Below are positions 38,134 through 48,075 of a DNA stretch of 64,000 bases, one piece after another (the stretch's first letter is position 1; the number at the start of each line of letters is the position of its first letter). Under the pieces are notes generated by a model that did no database searches, had not been told where the DNA came from, and worked only from the letters and a program-made list of their open reading frames with translations. Source of the stretch: Vulcanimicrobiota bacterium (GTDB lineage Bacteria > Vulcanimicrobiota > Vulcanimicrobiia > Vulcanimicrobiales > Vulcanimicrobiaceae). The stretch lies in contig CAWETW010000001.1 in the NCBI GenBank assembly GCA_963812155.1, positions 160,001-224,000 on the forward strand, in the 5' to 3' direction. Made by a program: the position numbers and the translations under genes.

Positions 38134-38205
38134 CTGGGGTGGCTGGATTCGAACCAACGCATGACGGAGTCAAAGTCCGTTGCCTTACCGCTTGGCTACA
38201 CCCCA
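38134..38205 (-). tRNA. tRNA-Gln (anticodon TTG), CCA not encoded
   Basis: TGGGGTGTAGCCAAGCGGTAAGGCAACGGACTTTGACTCCGTCATGCGTTGGTTCGAATCCAGCCACCCCAG folds as a cloverleaf. Confidence 0.97.
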
Positions 38206-38276
38206 TCGGAGGGCGAGGCAAGGCAGTTCTTCGGGTCGCGGTCACAACCCCTGTTCAGGTGCTGACAGAGGGAAGG

Positions 38277-38891
38277 TTAGTGAATCGAGACGCGCTTTGC
38301 GCCCACGTAGCGCGACGCCCAATACGATTCCGAAAGTTTGCTGACCATCACGCCGTGACTCGAGCTGGCATGAACGAACTGACCGTGTCCCAGATAAATG
38401 CCGACGTGCGACACGCCGCCGTAGGTATCGAAGAACACGAGGTCGCCCGCTCGCGGGCCGCCCACCGCCGGCTTGCCGGCGTCGTATTGCGCATCGGCGG
38501 TGCGCGGCAACGCCACGCCCAACATGCCGAAAACGTGCTGTACGAAGCCGGAGCAGTCGAACCCCGACGAACTCGTACCGCCAAAGACGTAGGGCGCTCC
38601 CAAGAATCGCAGTGCGCTGCGAGCGAGCGTCTGAGCCAGCTTCGAGGTGCGCGCCAAGATGCCGCCGGCAAAGCGGCCGATCCCGTGCTCCCCGTGGCTG
38701 GGCTTGGCAATAATCAGGCGCGACGTCCAAGCAGCGACGTCGGGACTGACGGCTTGCGCGTCGGCCGTGTGATTCGACGCGGATTGGGTATAGATCAGAT
38801 CGGAATTAGTTGAGTGCTGATCGGCGAGCGCGGAAACGCTCGAAGCGACGATCGCAAGGGCGAATGCCCCGGCAGCTAACGCGTGACGCAA
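38277..38891 (-). CDS. Secreted NlpC/P60 (C40) peptidoglycan endopeptidase
   Basis: Signal peptide, LGAPYVFGG, FDCSG, GDLVFF, HVGIYLG..FVHASS; AGAGGAG SD then TTG. Confidence 0.95.
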   Translation of the reverse strand: MRHALAAGAFALAIVASSVSALADQHSTNSDLIYTQSASNHTADAQAVSPDVAAWTSRLIIAKPSHGEHGIGRFAGGILARTSKLAQTLARSALRFLGAPYVFGGTSSSGFDCSGFVQHVFGMLGVALPRTADAQYDAGKPAVGGPRAGDLVFFDTYGGVSHVGIYLGHGQFVHASSSHGVMVSKLSESYWASRYVGAKRVSIH

Positions 38892-38902
38892 GAAACGAAC
38901 TC

Positions 38903-39034
38903 CTCTTTCACAACACTTGCGAGGTTAGTTGACGGGTTCGGGCGGAAAAGAGTCGCCCTAGAGCCGAACCGGCTCACTCACCCCTACCAGGGAATCCCCC
39001 GCTCGGATCCTCGACGGGACCCGACTCAGTGATC
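38903..39034 (-). promoter_or_regulatory. c-di-AMP (ydaO/yuaA) riboswitch
   Basis: Minus strand reads CACTGAGTC...GGGGGATTCC...GGGGTGAGT...TAGGGC...GCCCGAACCCGTCAACTAACCTCGCAAGTG, the conserved ydaO blocks in order; upstream of a cell-wall hydrolase. Confidence 0.9.
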
Positions 39035-39091
39035 TTCGTGCAGGCGTACCGTAGCGCCAAATCCTGAGATTTGGGCCACGGAAACGGTCGT

Positions 39092-40443
39092 TTACGCCAA
39101 GTCCGCGATCTCCTTCTCGATCGCGGCGGCGATGCGGCCGGCCACTTGCTCGACCAGCCCGGCGTCGTCGCCCTCGGCCATCACGCGAATCAGCGGCTCG
39201 GTTCCCGACGCGCGCACCAGCAGACGCCCGCTCGCGCCCAAACGTGCTTCGCCTGCTTCGATCGCCGCACGAACGTCGTCGGCGTCGAGCACCTCGCGAC
39301 GCCGCGTGCGAACGTTGAGCAACACCTGCGGCACCGGTTCGATCGCCGCGATCAATTCGCGTAACGTAACGTTGCGTTCGACCAGCAGCCGCAACAACGA
39401 CATCGCAACCGCCGGTCCGTCGCCCGTCGTGCCGTGGCGCAGGTCGATCACGTGGCCCGATTGTTCTCCGCCGAGAACGAAGCCGCCGGCGCGCATGCGT
39501 TCGAGCACGTAACGGTCACCCACCGGTGCGCGCACCAGTGCGATCCCGCGCGCCGCGAGCGCGCGCTCGAAACCAAAGTTGCTCATGGTCGTGCCGACGA
39601 TCGTGTCGTACGCCAGCTCGCCGGCGTCGTGCATCGCGGTGCCGATTGCGAACATGACGTGATCGCCGCTTACGATCTCGCCGCTTTCGTCGACGAAGAG
39701 CGCGCGGTCGGCATCGCCGTCGAACGCGACGCCCACGACCCGCGTTTTGCCGGCGTCGAGCCGCGCGCGTACGGCAGCCTGCAGCGGCCGCAGATCGGTC
39801 GCTCCGCAGTTCACGTTGATGCGCGAGCCGTCGTTTTCGCAGTGCAGTTCCGTGACGGTCGCGCCGAGTTTGCGCAACGCGTACGGAGCAATCGCGAAAG
39901 GCCGCGCCGTAGGCGGCGTCGACGACGACGTGCAGACCGTGCAAGTCGGCGCCGCGTTCGTAGAGGTGACGGTAGTAATGGCGGCCGAGGTTCTGCGCCG
40001 TTCGCACGCTGCCGACGCCGATGCCCGTCGGACGGGGTGCGTCCTTGGAGCCGAGCAGCGATTCGATGGCGCGCTCCGCATCGTCGGAGAGTTTGAAGCC
40101 GTCGGGTCCAAAGAATTTGATGCCGTTGTCGGCGACGGGATTGTGCGACGCGCTGATGACGATGCCGCCCAACGCTTGCTCGCAACGCGTCACGTAGGCG
40201 ACGCCCGGCGTTGGGATGATCCCCGAGCGACACGGCATCGCATCCGGCCGACGCGATGCCCGCGACGATCGCCGCTTCGAGCATCGTCCCGGAGAGACGG
40301 GTGTCGCGTCCGACGATCAGCGCCCCCCGGTTCTTTCCGGCGGAGAGCGCGGCGGCGCCGGCGCGGCCGACTTCAAATGCCAGTTCCGGCGTCAACTCGG
40401 TGTTGGCCACGCCGCGAATGCCGTCGGTACCGAAAAGGCTCAA
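39092..40443 (-). CDS. glmM: Phosphoglucosamine mutase; two +1 frameshifts (about 40222 and 39898), probably assembly errors
   Basis: LFGTDGIRG, ISASHNP..DNGIKFF, FDGDADR, GGEQSGH, RASGTEPLIRVM spread over three frames. Confidence 0.93.
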
Positions 40444-40447
40444 TGCA

Positions 40448-41116
40448 TCACTTCGATTGACTGCCGGCGACGACGTGCATCTGCACGCGCACGAGATTCG
40501 GCGCGATCTGCAGGCCGGCGACCTCGCCGCCCTGCGTCCCCACGGCGATCGGACGCACCATCTCGTCGACGAACTTCGGCTGAGCCGGAAGCGCGACGTC
40601 GACGCGAACGGTCGCGACTTGCGCCACCAGCGACGCCGGGCCGCCGACCGTTACGGTTGCCGGCAGCACGTGAACGCCCGAAACGACCGTCGCTCCGTTC
40701 GGTTGGTCGGCGTAGTGGACGGTCAAGGCGACGATGCGGCTTTCGATGCGTTCGACGGTCAACGCGATCGACGCCGGGCTGAGACTTTGCACCGCGACCT
40801 GCGGGGCCACCAGTTCGATCGGTACGTTATACGCACCGGCCGTCTTGTTGGACAGATCCAGCACGGCTTTGACTTCGTCGGGTTTGATCTCCGGCTCGCC
40901 GCGGCGTGCCTGAACCGTGACCAGCGCTTGGCGCTCGGTAAAGTGCGCGACGTAGCCCGACGGCAAGTTCACGACGACGATCGGAATCGAGATCTGCTGC
41001 GCGAACCGCGCCGCCGCGACGATCGGATTGGCCGCGAAGCGAAAATACGCCCAGCCGAGGATCGCCAGGAAAAGCGCTAAGAGTTTAAGTGTGAAGTTCT
41101 TGCGGATGATCTGCAC
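40448..41116 (-). CDS. cdaR: CdaR/YbbR-domain regulator of diadenylate cyclase
   Basis: KLLALFLAILGW anchor, YbbR-like repeats; lies between cdaA and glmM. Confidence 0.87.
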   Translation of the reverse strand: MQIIRKNFTLKLLALFLAILGWAYFRFAANPIVAAARFAQQISIPIVVVNLPSGYVAHFTERQALVTVQARRGEPEIKPDEVKAVLDLSNKTAGAYNVPIELVAPQVAVQSLSPASIALTVERIESRIVALTVHYADQPNGATVVSGVHVLPATVTVGGPASLVAQVATVRVDVALPAQPKFVDEMVRPIAVGTQGGEVAGLQIAPNLVRVQMHVVAGSQSK

Positions 41117-41978
41117 GTGAGGCTTTCGCGCCGCGCGGCATCAGCCGCGAGCGAAGGTGGGAGACGAGATCGTTTCGCAGATGACGCGCGTGGCGCGGCG
41201 GACGCGTGACGGCGAGCAGCATCTTGGCCAGCCGCTGTTCTTCCTCGACCGGGCGCGAGAGTTTTCCGGCGCGCGCAATGCAGATGTGGCCGCTCTCTTC
41301 CGAAACTACCACCACCACGGCGTCCGTCTGTTCGGTCAGGCCGACGGCCGCGCGGTGACGCGTCCCAAGGCGTCCGGTCACCGCCGGCGGACGTTCGGCG
41401 AGCGGAAGAAAACAGCCGGCCGCCACGATGCGGTCTTCGCGGACGATCGTCGCGCCGTCGTGCAGCGGCGAAGCCGGGGCGAACAGCGTCAATAGCAAGT
41501 CGACCGAGATGTGCGCGTCGATGGGCGTGCCGGTTTCGCAGAACTCTTTGAGACCGCTTTGCTGTTCGACGGCGAGCAGCGCGCCGCGACGCGCTTGCGA
41601 AAGCAAAAAGGCCGCTTGTGCCAATGCCGCCACGGTCGAGTCTTGCGACCGGGTCGCGCCGTATTCGCGCTCGTCGCTGTCCATCCGGAACAAGCCGCCG
41701 CGGCCGATCTGCTCGAGTGCGCGGCGCAGTTCGGGTTGGAACACGATCGGAATCGTTACTGCGGCGCCGACGACGATCAACTGCAGAATCGTGACCAGCA
41801 GATAGAGATGCAGCAGGCTGGCGACGCCGAGCAGCGCGACGAGCACGAGGATCCCCATGAGAATTTGAACGGCGCGCGTGCCGCGAATGAGCAGCAAAAG
41901 GTAATAGATGAGCACGCTCGTGGCGAGAACGTCGATGACGTCGGTGATGCCGACGTACGATGCGATCGTATTAAACAT
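41085..41978 (-). CDS. cdaA: Diadenylate cyclase CdaA/DacA
   Basis: Three TM helices, IVFQPELRRALE, PLHDGA, LGTRHRAA, VVSEE. Confidence 0.96.
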   Translation of the reverse strand: MFNTIASYVGITDVIDVLATSVLIYYLLLLIRGTRAVQILMGILVLVALLGVASLLHLYLLVTILQLIVVGAAVTIPIVFQPELRRALEQIGRGGLFRMDSDEREYGATRSQDSTVAALAQAAFLLSQARRGALLAVEQQSGLKEFCETGTPIDAHISVDLLLTLFAPASPLHDGATIVREDRIVAAGCFLPLAERPPAVTGRLGTRHRAAVGLTEQTDAVVVVVSEESGHICIARAGKLSRPVEEEQRLAKMLLAVTRPPRHARHLRNDLVSHLRSRLMPRGAKASRADHPQELHT

Positions 41979-42507
41979 GCAGCCCAGCCCGAGCAATGAG
42001 TTCTTCGAGTACGCGGTCCGCGCCGATTTGCGGCGTCCGCAGTGCATCGGCGGCAATCGTCGCCGGCCACGCCGGCGGCAGCGGCGTCAACAGTTCGGCC
42101 GTGCGGCCGCTGTGAAAGCGGCGCAACTCGACGTCGATCGTGCCGATGACGACGGAAACCGGCGTACGCTGCAGATCCCATTCGATCGCAATGCCGCCCT
42201 CGATCGAATCGCACGTACGGACGCCGAGCGGGCGCCCGGGACCGGCCAGGGCATCGTGCAGGTGCGGCAAGGCTTCTTTCACCTCAGGGAAAACTGCCAG
42301 CGCAATGACCGGCGCGTCGAAGACTTCGATGCCCTCGAACGCCTCGAGACGCTGCTCGGACGGGAGTTCGAGCAGTCCGTACGTGCGCGCCGCGCGTTCG
42401 GAGACGCGCCACCGGCAATCGCCGCCACGCGCGCGAACGGCCGCGTCGACAGCCGCACGGCGCGCTTCTTCAAGCATCCCCTCGGCCTTTACGGTGTGGT
42501 ACGTCAC
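41971..42507 (-). CDS. Hypothetical protein, first gene of the cdaA operon
   Basis: Stop overlaps the cdaA start; start uncertain (42507 or 42534). Confidence 0.6.
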   Translation of the reverse strand: MTYHTVKAEGMLEEARRAAVDAAVRARGGDCRWRVSERAARTYGLLELPSEQRLEAFEGIEVFDAPVIALAVFPEVKEALPHLHDALAGPGRPLGVRTCDSIEGGIAIEWDLQRTPVSVVIGTIDVELRRFHSGRTAELLTPLPPAWPATIAADALRTPQIGADRVLEELIARAGLHV

Positions 42508-42543
42508 CTTGCCGTCATCGTTAGGCGCGGGCAACTCGCAATC

Positions 42544-43443
42544 TTGCGCCTAGAGCACGAACGCCGCGGCTTAGTCGTCGCAACCGGACGCAACTCGGCG
42601 TGGGTGGCAATCGACGGAGAGCCGCAGCCGCGCTTGGCGACGTTGCGCCGCATGACCGGAAAACGCTTTATGCCGGTTCCCGGCGATGCCGTCACGGTAC
42701 GTCCGCTGGCCGACGGGGAGGCCGTCGTCGAACGCATCGAGCCTCGTTCGTTCACGTTGGAACGCTTCACGGCACGGGGTCGTGCCAAGACGATGGCCGC
42801 CAACGTCGATACGATTGCGATCGTCACGTCGCTGTCCCATCCGCCGCCTCGTCTTCCGACCCTGGATCAACTGCTGGCGTTTTGCGAACTGCAAGGCGTC
42901 GACGCGATCGCGATCTTTACCAAGCCCGACCTCAGCGGCGCCGAGACCGCCGAGCGCCTTACCGGACTCTATCGATCGCTGGGTTACGAGGCGATCGTCG
43001 TCAATCCCAAAACCGGCGACGATCTCGAGGCGCTGCGCGGCGGATTGCACGGCCGCCGCGCACTGCTCGCCGGCAGCTCGGGCGTCGGGAAAAGCACCAT
43101 CTTCCGGGCACTCGGCGGGGAAGCGGTCGTCGGCGAAGTGTCGCGTTTCGGAATCGGCCGCCAAACGACGACCGCGGCGCGGCTCTACCGGATGAGCGAC
43201 GGGTTTCTTATCGACAGTCCCGGAATCGGCGCGTTCGGACTCGGGGCGATCGCCCCGGCCGAACTCGCGCGGGCGTTCCGCGAGTTGCGCGAGCCGTCGC
43301 TGCACTGCCGTTTCAGCGATTGCACGCACCGTTCCGAACCCGACTGCGCGGTGCGGAAGGCCGTGGATGCGGGAGGCATCGCGCCGAGCCGGTACGCATC
43401 GTACCTCAACATCGCTGAAGGAGCGCTTTCGGAGTCGCGGTAA
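42544..43443 (+). CDS. rsgA: Ribosome small subunit-dependent GTPase A
   Basis: PVPGD, AANVD, TKPD, GSSGVGKST, GRQTTT, DSPG, CRFSDCTHRSEPDC. Confidence 0.95.
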   Translation: MRLEHERRGLVVATGRNSAWVAIDGEPQPRLATLRRMTGKRFMPVPGDAVTVRPLADGEAVVERIEPRSFTLERFTARGRAKTMAANVDTIAIVTSLSHPPPRLPTLDQLLAFCELQGVDAIAIFTKPDLSGAETAERLTGLYRSLGYEAIVVNPKTGDDLEALRGGLHGRRALLAGSSGVGKSTIFRALGGEAVVGEVSRFGIGRQTTTAARLYRMSDGFLIDSPGIGAFGLGAIAPAELARAFRELREPSLHCRFSDCTHRSEPDCAVRKAVDAGGIAPSRYASYLNIAEGALSESR

Positions 43444-43455
43444 CTCAGCCGTCTC

Positions 43456-44199
43456 ATGGAAAACGTGCACGCGGAACGCTCCGCCGGCTGGTCGGTCCTC
43501 TGTTACGTCGCCGTCCTGATCGTTGCGACGTTCATCACCAGTCCGCTCGCGCCGCCGGCCAACGATCCGGCCCGTCTCGCGCTGCTGATCGACGCCAACC
43601 GCCACAACCTGCTGCTGGCTGCGTGGCTCAGCTTTCCGGCGTCAGCCTTCTTTTTGTGGTTCCTCGTCGGGTTGCGCGCGTATCTGCGGCGCGGAACCGG
43701 ACAGCCCGAGGGTCTCGGAACGCTGGCCTTAATTGCCGGCGTCGTCATGACGACCATGGCGATCCTCGCGGCGGCGCTCGAGAGCATGCTCGCCTACGTG
43801 CCGCCCGAGGTGTTTCAGGGAGGCGGATTCGCCGGCGTGTACTCCGCGTTTCTCTTCATCCAAGACGGCCTCGGCTACGCGCCCGCATCGATCTTCTTCT
43901 TTGCCGCCGCGCACAGCATGCGCCGCCATCACTCGGCGCCTCAGTGGCTGGCGTGGTTAGGCTATCTCGCCGGCGTGGGGACGGCCTTTGCGACGCTTTC
44001 GATCTTCTATAACGATCCGACGATGTCGCCGACCGGACCCGGCCCCGGCGTCCTGGGCGCGCTTCCGTCGGCCCTCTGGCTCATCGCGACCGGAATCGTC
44101 TTCGTCCGCCTCCGTCCCCCCGCGACGGACGCCGAGACGCCCCCCGCTACGGACGCCGAGACGGCCCCCGCTACGGAAGCCGCAACGCCGCCCGCCTGA
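43456..44199 (+). CDS. Multi-pass membrane protein with repetitive C-terminal tail
   Basis: About six hydrophobic segments. Confidence 0.75.
   Translation: MENVHAERSAGWSVLCYVAVLIVATFITSPLAPPANDPARLALLIDANRHNLLLAAWLSFPASAFFLWFLVGLRAYLRRGTGQPEGLGTLALIAGVVMTTMAILAAALESMLAYVPPEVFQGGGFAGVYSAFLFIQDGLGYAPASIFFFAAAHSMRRHHSAPQWLAWLGYLAGVGTAFATLSIFYNDPTMSPTGPGPGVLGALPSALWLIATGIVFVRLRPPATDAETPPATDAETAPATEAATPPA
44116..44187 (+). repeat. 3 x 24-bp coding tandem repeat (PPATDAET)
   Basis: ccccccgcgacggacgccgagacg / ccccccgctacggacgccgagacg / gcccccgctacggaagccgcaacg. Confidence 0.85.
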
Positions 44200-44284
44200 G
44201 CGCCGCCGGCGCTTGCTGGACACGCCGCGGAGCGGCTGGTATACTTCTGGCCGTTGCCCGCCGCCCGACGAAAGCGAGAATCGA

Positions 44285-44581
44285 TTGCCCAATATCAAAG
44301 CCGCCGAAAAGTGGTCGCGCCAAACCGCCAAACGCACGACGCGGAACAAGGACGCCGCCTCACGCCTCAAGACACTGTATAAGAAGGCGGCGGCCTCGGC
44401 GGATACCGCGACGGCACCGGCCGTCGAGAGCGCGTTCGACAAGGCTGCCAACAAGGGCGTGATTCACCCGAACAAGGCGGCGCGTAAGAAGTCCCGTCTG
44501 GCGAAGGCAATCCTCCGGGCTGCCGATCCCGTGAAGAAGCCGGCGAAAACGCGCGGAAGCAAAGCCAAGAAGAAGTCGTAG
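44285..44581 (+). CDS. rpsT: 30S ribosomal protein S20
   Basis: TTG start, MPNIKAAEK..RN...DKAANKGVIHPNKAARKKSRL. Confidence 0.95.
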   Translation: MPNIKAAEKWSRQTAKRTTRNKDAASRLKTLYKKAAASADTATAPAVESAFDKAANKGVIHPNKAARKKSRLAKAILRAADPVKKPAKTRGSKAKKKS

Positions 44582-44584
44582 TCC

Positions 44585-46978
44585 TCAGGGATCGACGTTC
44601 ACCACCAAGCGCGTGCGGTGGTCGGCGCGAGCCGCCGGCAGGACGCGCGCGCGAATGGCCGCCCGCAGCAATGCGGGCTTCCGCGTTTTTATGGCCAGCC
44701 GGTATCGCCATTCGCCGTTGAGCCGCGCGATCGGATAGGGCGCCGGCCCCAGCACTTCGGAGAACGCCACGTCCTCGAGCAGCCGGCCATACGCGCCGGC
44801 AGCGCGCAACGCGTCCTCGCGGCCGCGCGCGATCACCCCGAGATAGACCAGCCGCCGCGACGGCGGATATCCGAGCGACGCGCGTTCGCGCAGTTCGCGC
44901 GCGGCGAATCCCGCGTAATCGTGGTGCGCCGCTGCGACGACGGCCGGATGGTCGGGCGCATACGTCTGAAGAAACGCTTCGCCTTCACGCGCGCGTCCGC
45001 TGCGGCCGCAGGCTTGAGCGATCAGCGCGAAGCTGCGTTCCGCGGCGCGAAAGTCGGGCGCGTGCAGCCCGATATCCGCGGCGACGACCGCCGCCAGCGT
45101 GACAGTCGGGAAATCGAGGCCTTTGGCGACCATTTGCGTTCCGACCAGCACGTCGCCGTCGCCTTCGAATGCATCCAAAATGCGGGCGTGATCGCCGACG
45201 CGCGTCGTCGAGTCGGAATCCATGCGCATGACGCGCGCTTGCGGAAAGAGCCTGCGCACTTCTTCCACGACCGCTTCGGTGCCGATTCCGAACTCTCTCA
45301 CCGCGTCGCTCCCGCACGCCGAACAGCGCAACGGCAGCGGCGCTTGATGGTCGCAATAGTGACAGCGAAGCAGCCGCTCGCGCCGGTGAACCGCCAGCGA
45401 AATGCTGCAACGCGGACACGGCGGGACGAAGCCGCACGACCGGCAGAGCACAAACGCCGCACTCCCGCGGCGGTTGAGAAACAGCACGCTCTTTTCGCCG
45501 CGTTCCAACCGCATCGCGATCGCTTGCACCAGCGCGCCGCCGAAGATGCGCCGGTTACCGCCGGCAAATTCCTGCGCGAGATCGAGCACGCGCACGGCCG
45601 GCAGCGGAAGATTCGTCGCCCGCTTGCGCATTTCGATCAAGCCGATTTTTCCGGCTTTCGCCGCGGCGTAACTCTCCAACGACGGCGTCGCGCTGCCCAA
45701 CAGCAGCACGCCGCCGCCGTGACGCATGCGCTCGCGCGCCACCGCCACCGCCTGATAGCGCGGAACCGAATCCTGTTTGTAGGCTCCGTCGTGCGATTCG
45801 TCGACGACGAGCAGCCGAACGTTTTTCAGCGGCGCGAAAACCGCGCTGCGGGCCCCGACGATCGCGTCGATCTCGCCCCGCCGGCAGGCTTGCCACGCGT
45901 CGAATCGTTCGCGTTCCGAGAGCGCCGAGTGAAGCACGGCGACCCGCCGCCCGAAGGCCGCTTCAAACCTGCGCGCCGTTTGGGGCGTCAGCGAAATCTC
46001 CGGAACCAACACGATTGCACTGCCGCCGGCGGCCACGACGCTGCGGATCGCCTCCAAATAAACGAACGTCTTTCCGCTGCCGGTGACGCCGTAGAGCAGC
46101 ATCTCGTCGAATTCACGGCGCTCGAGGGAGGCCGTAATCCGTTGCAGCGCGGCGGCCTGTTCCGGCGTCGGCGTCACGCTCTGCGTCTCGAGGAGCCGGC
46201 GTTCCTCGGGCGCGAGCGCCGGAACGACCTCGCGCTCGATCAGTGCCCCGGCCGCGAGGGCGCGGGCGATGACGGCGTTTGAAAATCCCGCCAGCAATGC
46301 GTCGGCGCGCGGAACGCCGCCGCGCGCACCGACGAACGCAAGCAGCGCCTCGGCCTTTTTTCCCTTGACCCGCTCCTCACCGCGCTCGAGGACCTTCACG
46401 CGGTATTCGCGCGTGCGCGGATCGATCAAGCGGCGCTCGCGCCGGAGCACTCCTGCGCGCACCAGTGCCTGCACGTGGCGCAGCAGCGTTGCGCGGTCGC
46501 CGATGCGCCGCGCTTCGGGATGGCGCAGCAGGCGATCCGCTTCGAACAGTTCGCCAAACTCCATCCAGATCAAACGCACGAATCGCTGCGACACCGACGG
46601 AAACCGTTCCGCCGGCGGACGTTCCCCGACGCGTGCCAGCAAATCGCGCACGCGCGGGACCGAACCGGCCAGCACCACCGCCGATAACGCTTCGCCAAGC
46701 GTGCAGATGTAGCGTTCCGCCACGAATCGCGCGAGATGCAAGCCCGTTTCATCGAAGGCGGGCGCTACGTCGAGGCGTGTGCGCAACGGCCTGAGCGCAC
46801 GCTCGTCTTCCCCCGCTGCGCGCACGGGCGAAATGACGAACGCAACGACGTCGCGTCCGCCCAGCGGCGCGTGCACCACGTCGCCGACGGCGAGTTCGAG
46901 ATCGCCCGCGTCGTAGGTCAGCGGCAGGTCGAAGCGCGACGAACGAATCGCCGGCAGCACGTCGACGACGCGCGCTAT
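44585..46978 (-). CDS. priA: Primosomal protein N' (start uncertain, probably ATA)
   Basis: GVTGSGKT, LVPEISLTPQ, DESHD, four CxxC pairs, GTQMVAKGLDFP. Confidence 0.96.
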   Translation of the reverse strand: MARVVDVLPAIRSSRFDLPLTYDAGDLELAVGDVVHAPLGGRDVVAFVISPVRAAGEDERALRPLRTRLDVAPAFDETGLHLARFVAERYICTLGEALSAVVLAGSVPRVRDLLARVGERPPAERFPSVSQRFVRLIWMEFGELFEADRLLRHPEARRIGDRATLLRHVQALVRAGVLRRERRLIDPRTREYRVKVLERGEERVKGKKAEALLAFVGARGGVPRADALLAGFSNAVIARALAAGALIEREVVPALAPEERRLLETQSVTPTPEQAAALQRITASLERREFDEMLLYGVTGSGKTFVYLEAIRSVVAAGGSAIVLVPEISLTPQTARRFEAAFGRRVAVLHSALSERERFDAWQACRRGEIDAIVGARSAVFAPLKNVRLLVVDESHDGAYKQDSVPRYQAVAVARERMRHGGGVLLLGSATPSLESYAAAKAGKIGLIEMRKRATNLPLPAVRVLDLAQEFAGGNRRIFGGALVQAIAMRLERGEKSVLFLNRRGSAAFVLCRSCGFVPPCPRCSISLAVHRRERLLRCHYCDHQAPLPLRCSACGSDAVREFGIGTEAVVEEVRRLFPQARVMRMDSDSTTRVGDHARILDAFEGDGDVLVGTQMVAKGLDFPTVTLAAVVAADIGLHAPDFRAAERSFALIAQACGRSGRAREGEAFLQTYAPDHPAVVAAAHHDYAGFAARELRERASLGYPPSRRLVYLGVIARGREDALRAAGAYGRLLEDVAFSEVLGPAPYPIARLNGEWRYRLAIKTRKPALLRAAIRARVLPAARADHRTRLVVNVDP

Positions 46979-48075
46979 CGCCGCACCGCCTGCGGCGTCC
47001 GCGCGAGCTGCGCCAGCACCCAGCGCACCGCGCGGTCGTCGCACGCCACCCCGTACTCCACGTCGCCGATCGCACGCGGCAGGACGAAACGGAAGCGTCC
47101 GCCGCGACGCTTCTTGTCGGCCCGCATCGCATCGAATATCGCGCCCGGATCGAGCGTGGTTTGCACCGGAAGCTGCAGCAGCGCCAGCAGCGCGAGCACG
47201 CGAAAATGTTCGCGCTCGCTGAACCGCCCCAATCGCAGCGCGAGCAAGCCCGCTGCGCGCAGTCCCAGCGCCACAGCGGCCCCGTGGCGCACGCGATACG
47301 CCGATGCTCGTTCTATCGCATGCGCGAACGTGTGCCCGAGATTGAGGAGTTCGCGCATGCCGGCTTCCTCGCGGTCGTCGGCGACGATGGCGGTCTTGAC
47401 TTTGACGGCAGACGAGACTATCGCCGTCCAGGGCCAGCGTTGCAGCGGATGCGGAGAGAGCGTCTCGAGCGCGTCGAAAAGGTCGTCGCCTTCGACGACC
47501 GCCGCCTTGACGATCTCGGCCAAACCGTCGCGTAACCCTCGCGGCGGCAACGTTTCCAGCGCGGTCACGTCGCAAAACACCGCGACCGGATCGGCAAACA
47601 CGCCGGCGAGGTTTTTCCCCGCAGCGAGGTTGACGCCGGTCTTGCCGCCGATCGCCGCATCCACCATGGCCACCAGCGACGTCGCAACGTGCGCGTACGC
47701 CACGCCGCGCATGTAGGTGGCGGCCGCAAAGCCGAACACGTCGCTGGCGATGCCGCCGCCGACGCCGAGCACGAGGGTGTCGCGTCCGGCGCCGGCCGCC
47801 AGCATGCGCTCGTGCACGCGCTCGATCGTCGCGAGACGTTTGCGTTGCTCGCCGAGCCCAACGGCGATGACGGGCGCGCTGCGGCCGCGCACCATCTGTT
47901 CGGCGATCCGCTCGACCTTCTTGTGCGCGTCGCAGAGCACGACCAGCGGCGCGCCCCGTTCCCGAACGAAACGCGCGATTTCCGGGCGCAATCGATCGCC
48001 GATCGTCACCGGATAGCCGAGATCGTCGTTGACGACGAGGCTCAGGGAATCGCGATTTTTTTCTTGTGCAGCCAC
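46975..48075 (-). CDS. aroB: 3-dehydroquinate synthase
   Basis: [38 protein letters not shown]. Confidence 0.96.
   Translation of the reverse strand: MAAQEKNRDSLSLVVNDDLGYPVTIGDRLRPEIARFVRERGAPLVVLCDAHKKVERIAEQMVRGRSAPVIAVGLGEQRKRLATIERVHERMLAAGAGRDTLVLGVGGGIASDVFGFAAATYMRGVAYAHVATSLVAMVDAAIGGKTGVNLAAGKNLAGVFADPVAVFCDVTALETLPPRGLRDGLAEIVKAAVVEGDDLFDALETLSPHPLQRWPWTAIVSSAVKVKTAIVADDREEAGMRELLNLGHTFAHAIERASAYRVRHGAAVALGLRAAGLLALRLGRFSEREHFRVLALLALLQLPVQTTLDPGAIFDAMRADKKRRGGRFRFVLPRAIGDVEYGVACDDRAVRWVLAQLARTPQAVRR

Noticed and set aside
39057..39074. CCAAATC-ctga-GATTTGG hairpin as the glmM terminator
   Set aside because: No U-tract on either strand; it might be an operator but nothing else supports that.
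39092..40443. glmM as a true pseudogene or programmed frameshift
   Set aside because: Both breaks are single extra bases in short runs (GGGG near 40222, TTT near 39898) in a normally essential gene with otherwise intact motifs; assembly error is more likely.
44116..44187. CRISPR array
   Set aside because: Three contiguous in-frame 24-bp units, with no spacers and no cas genes.
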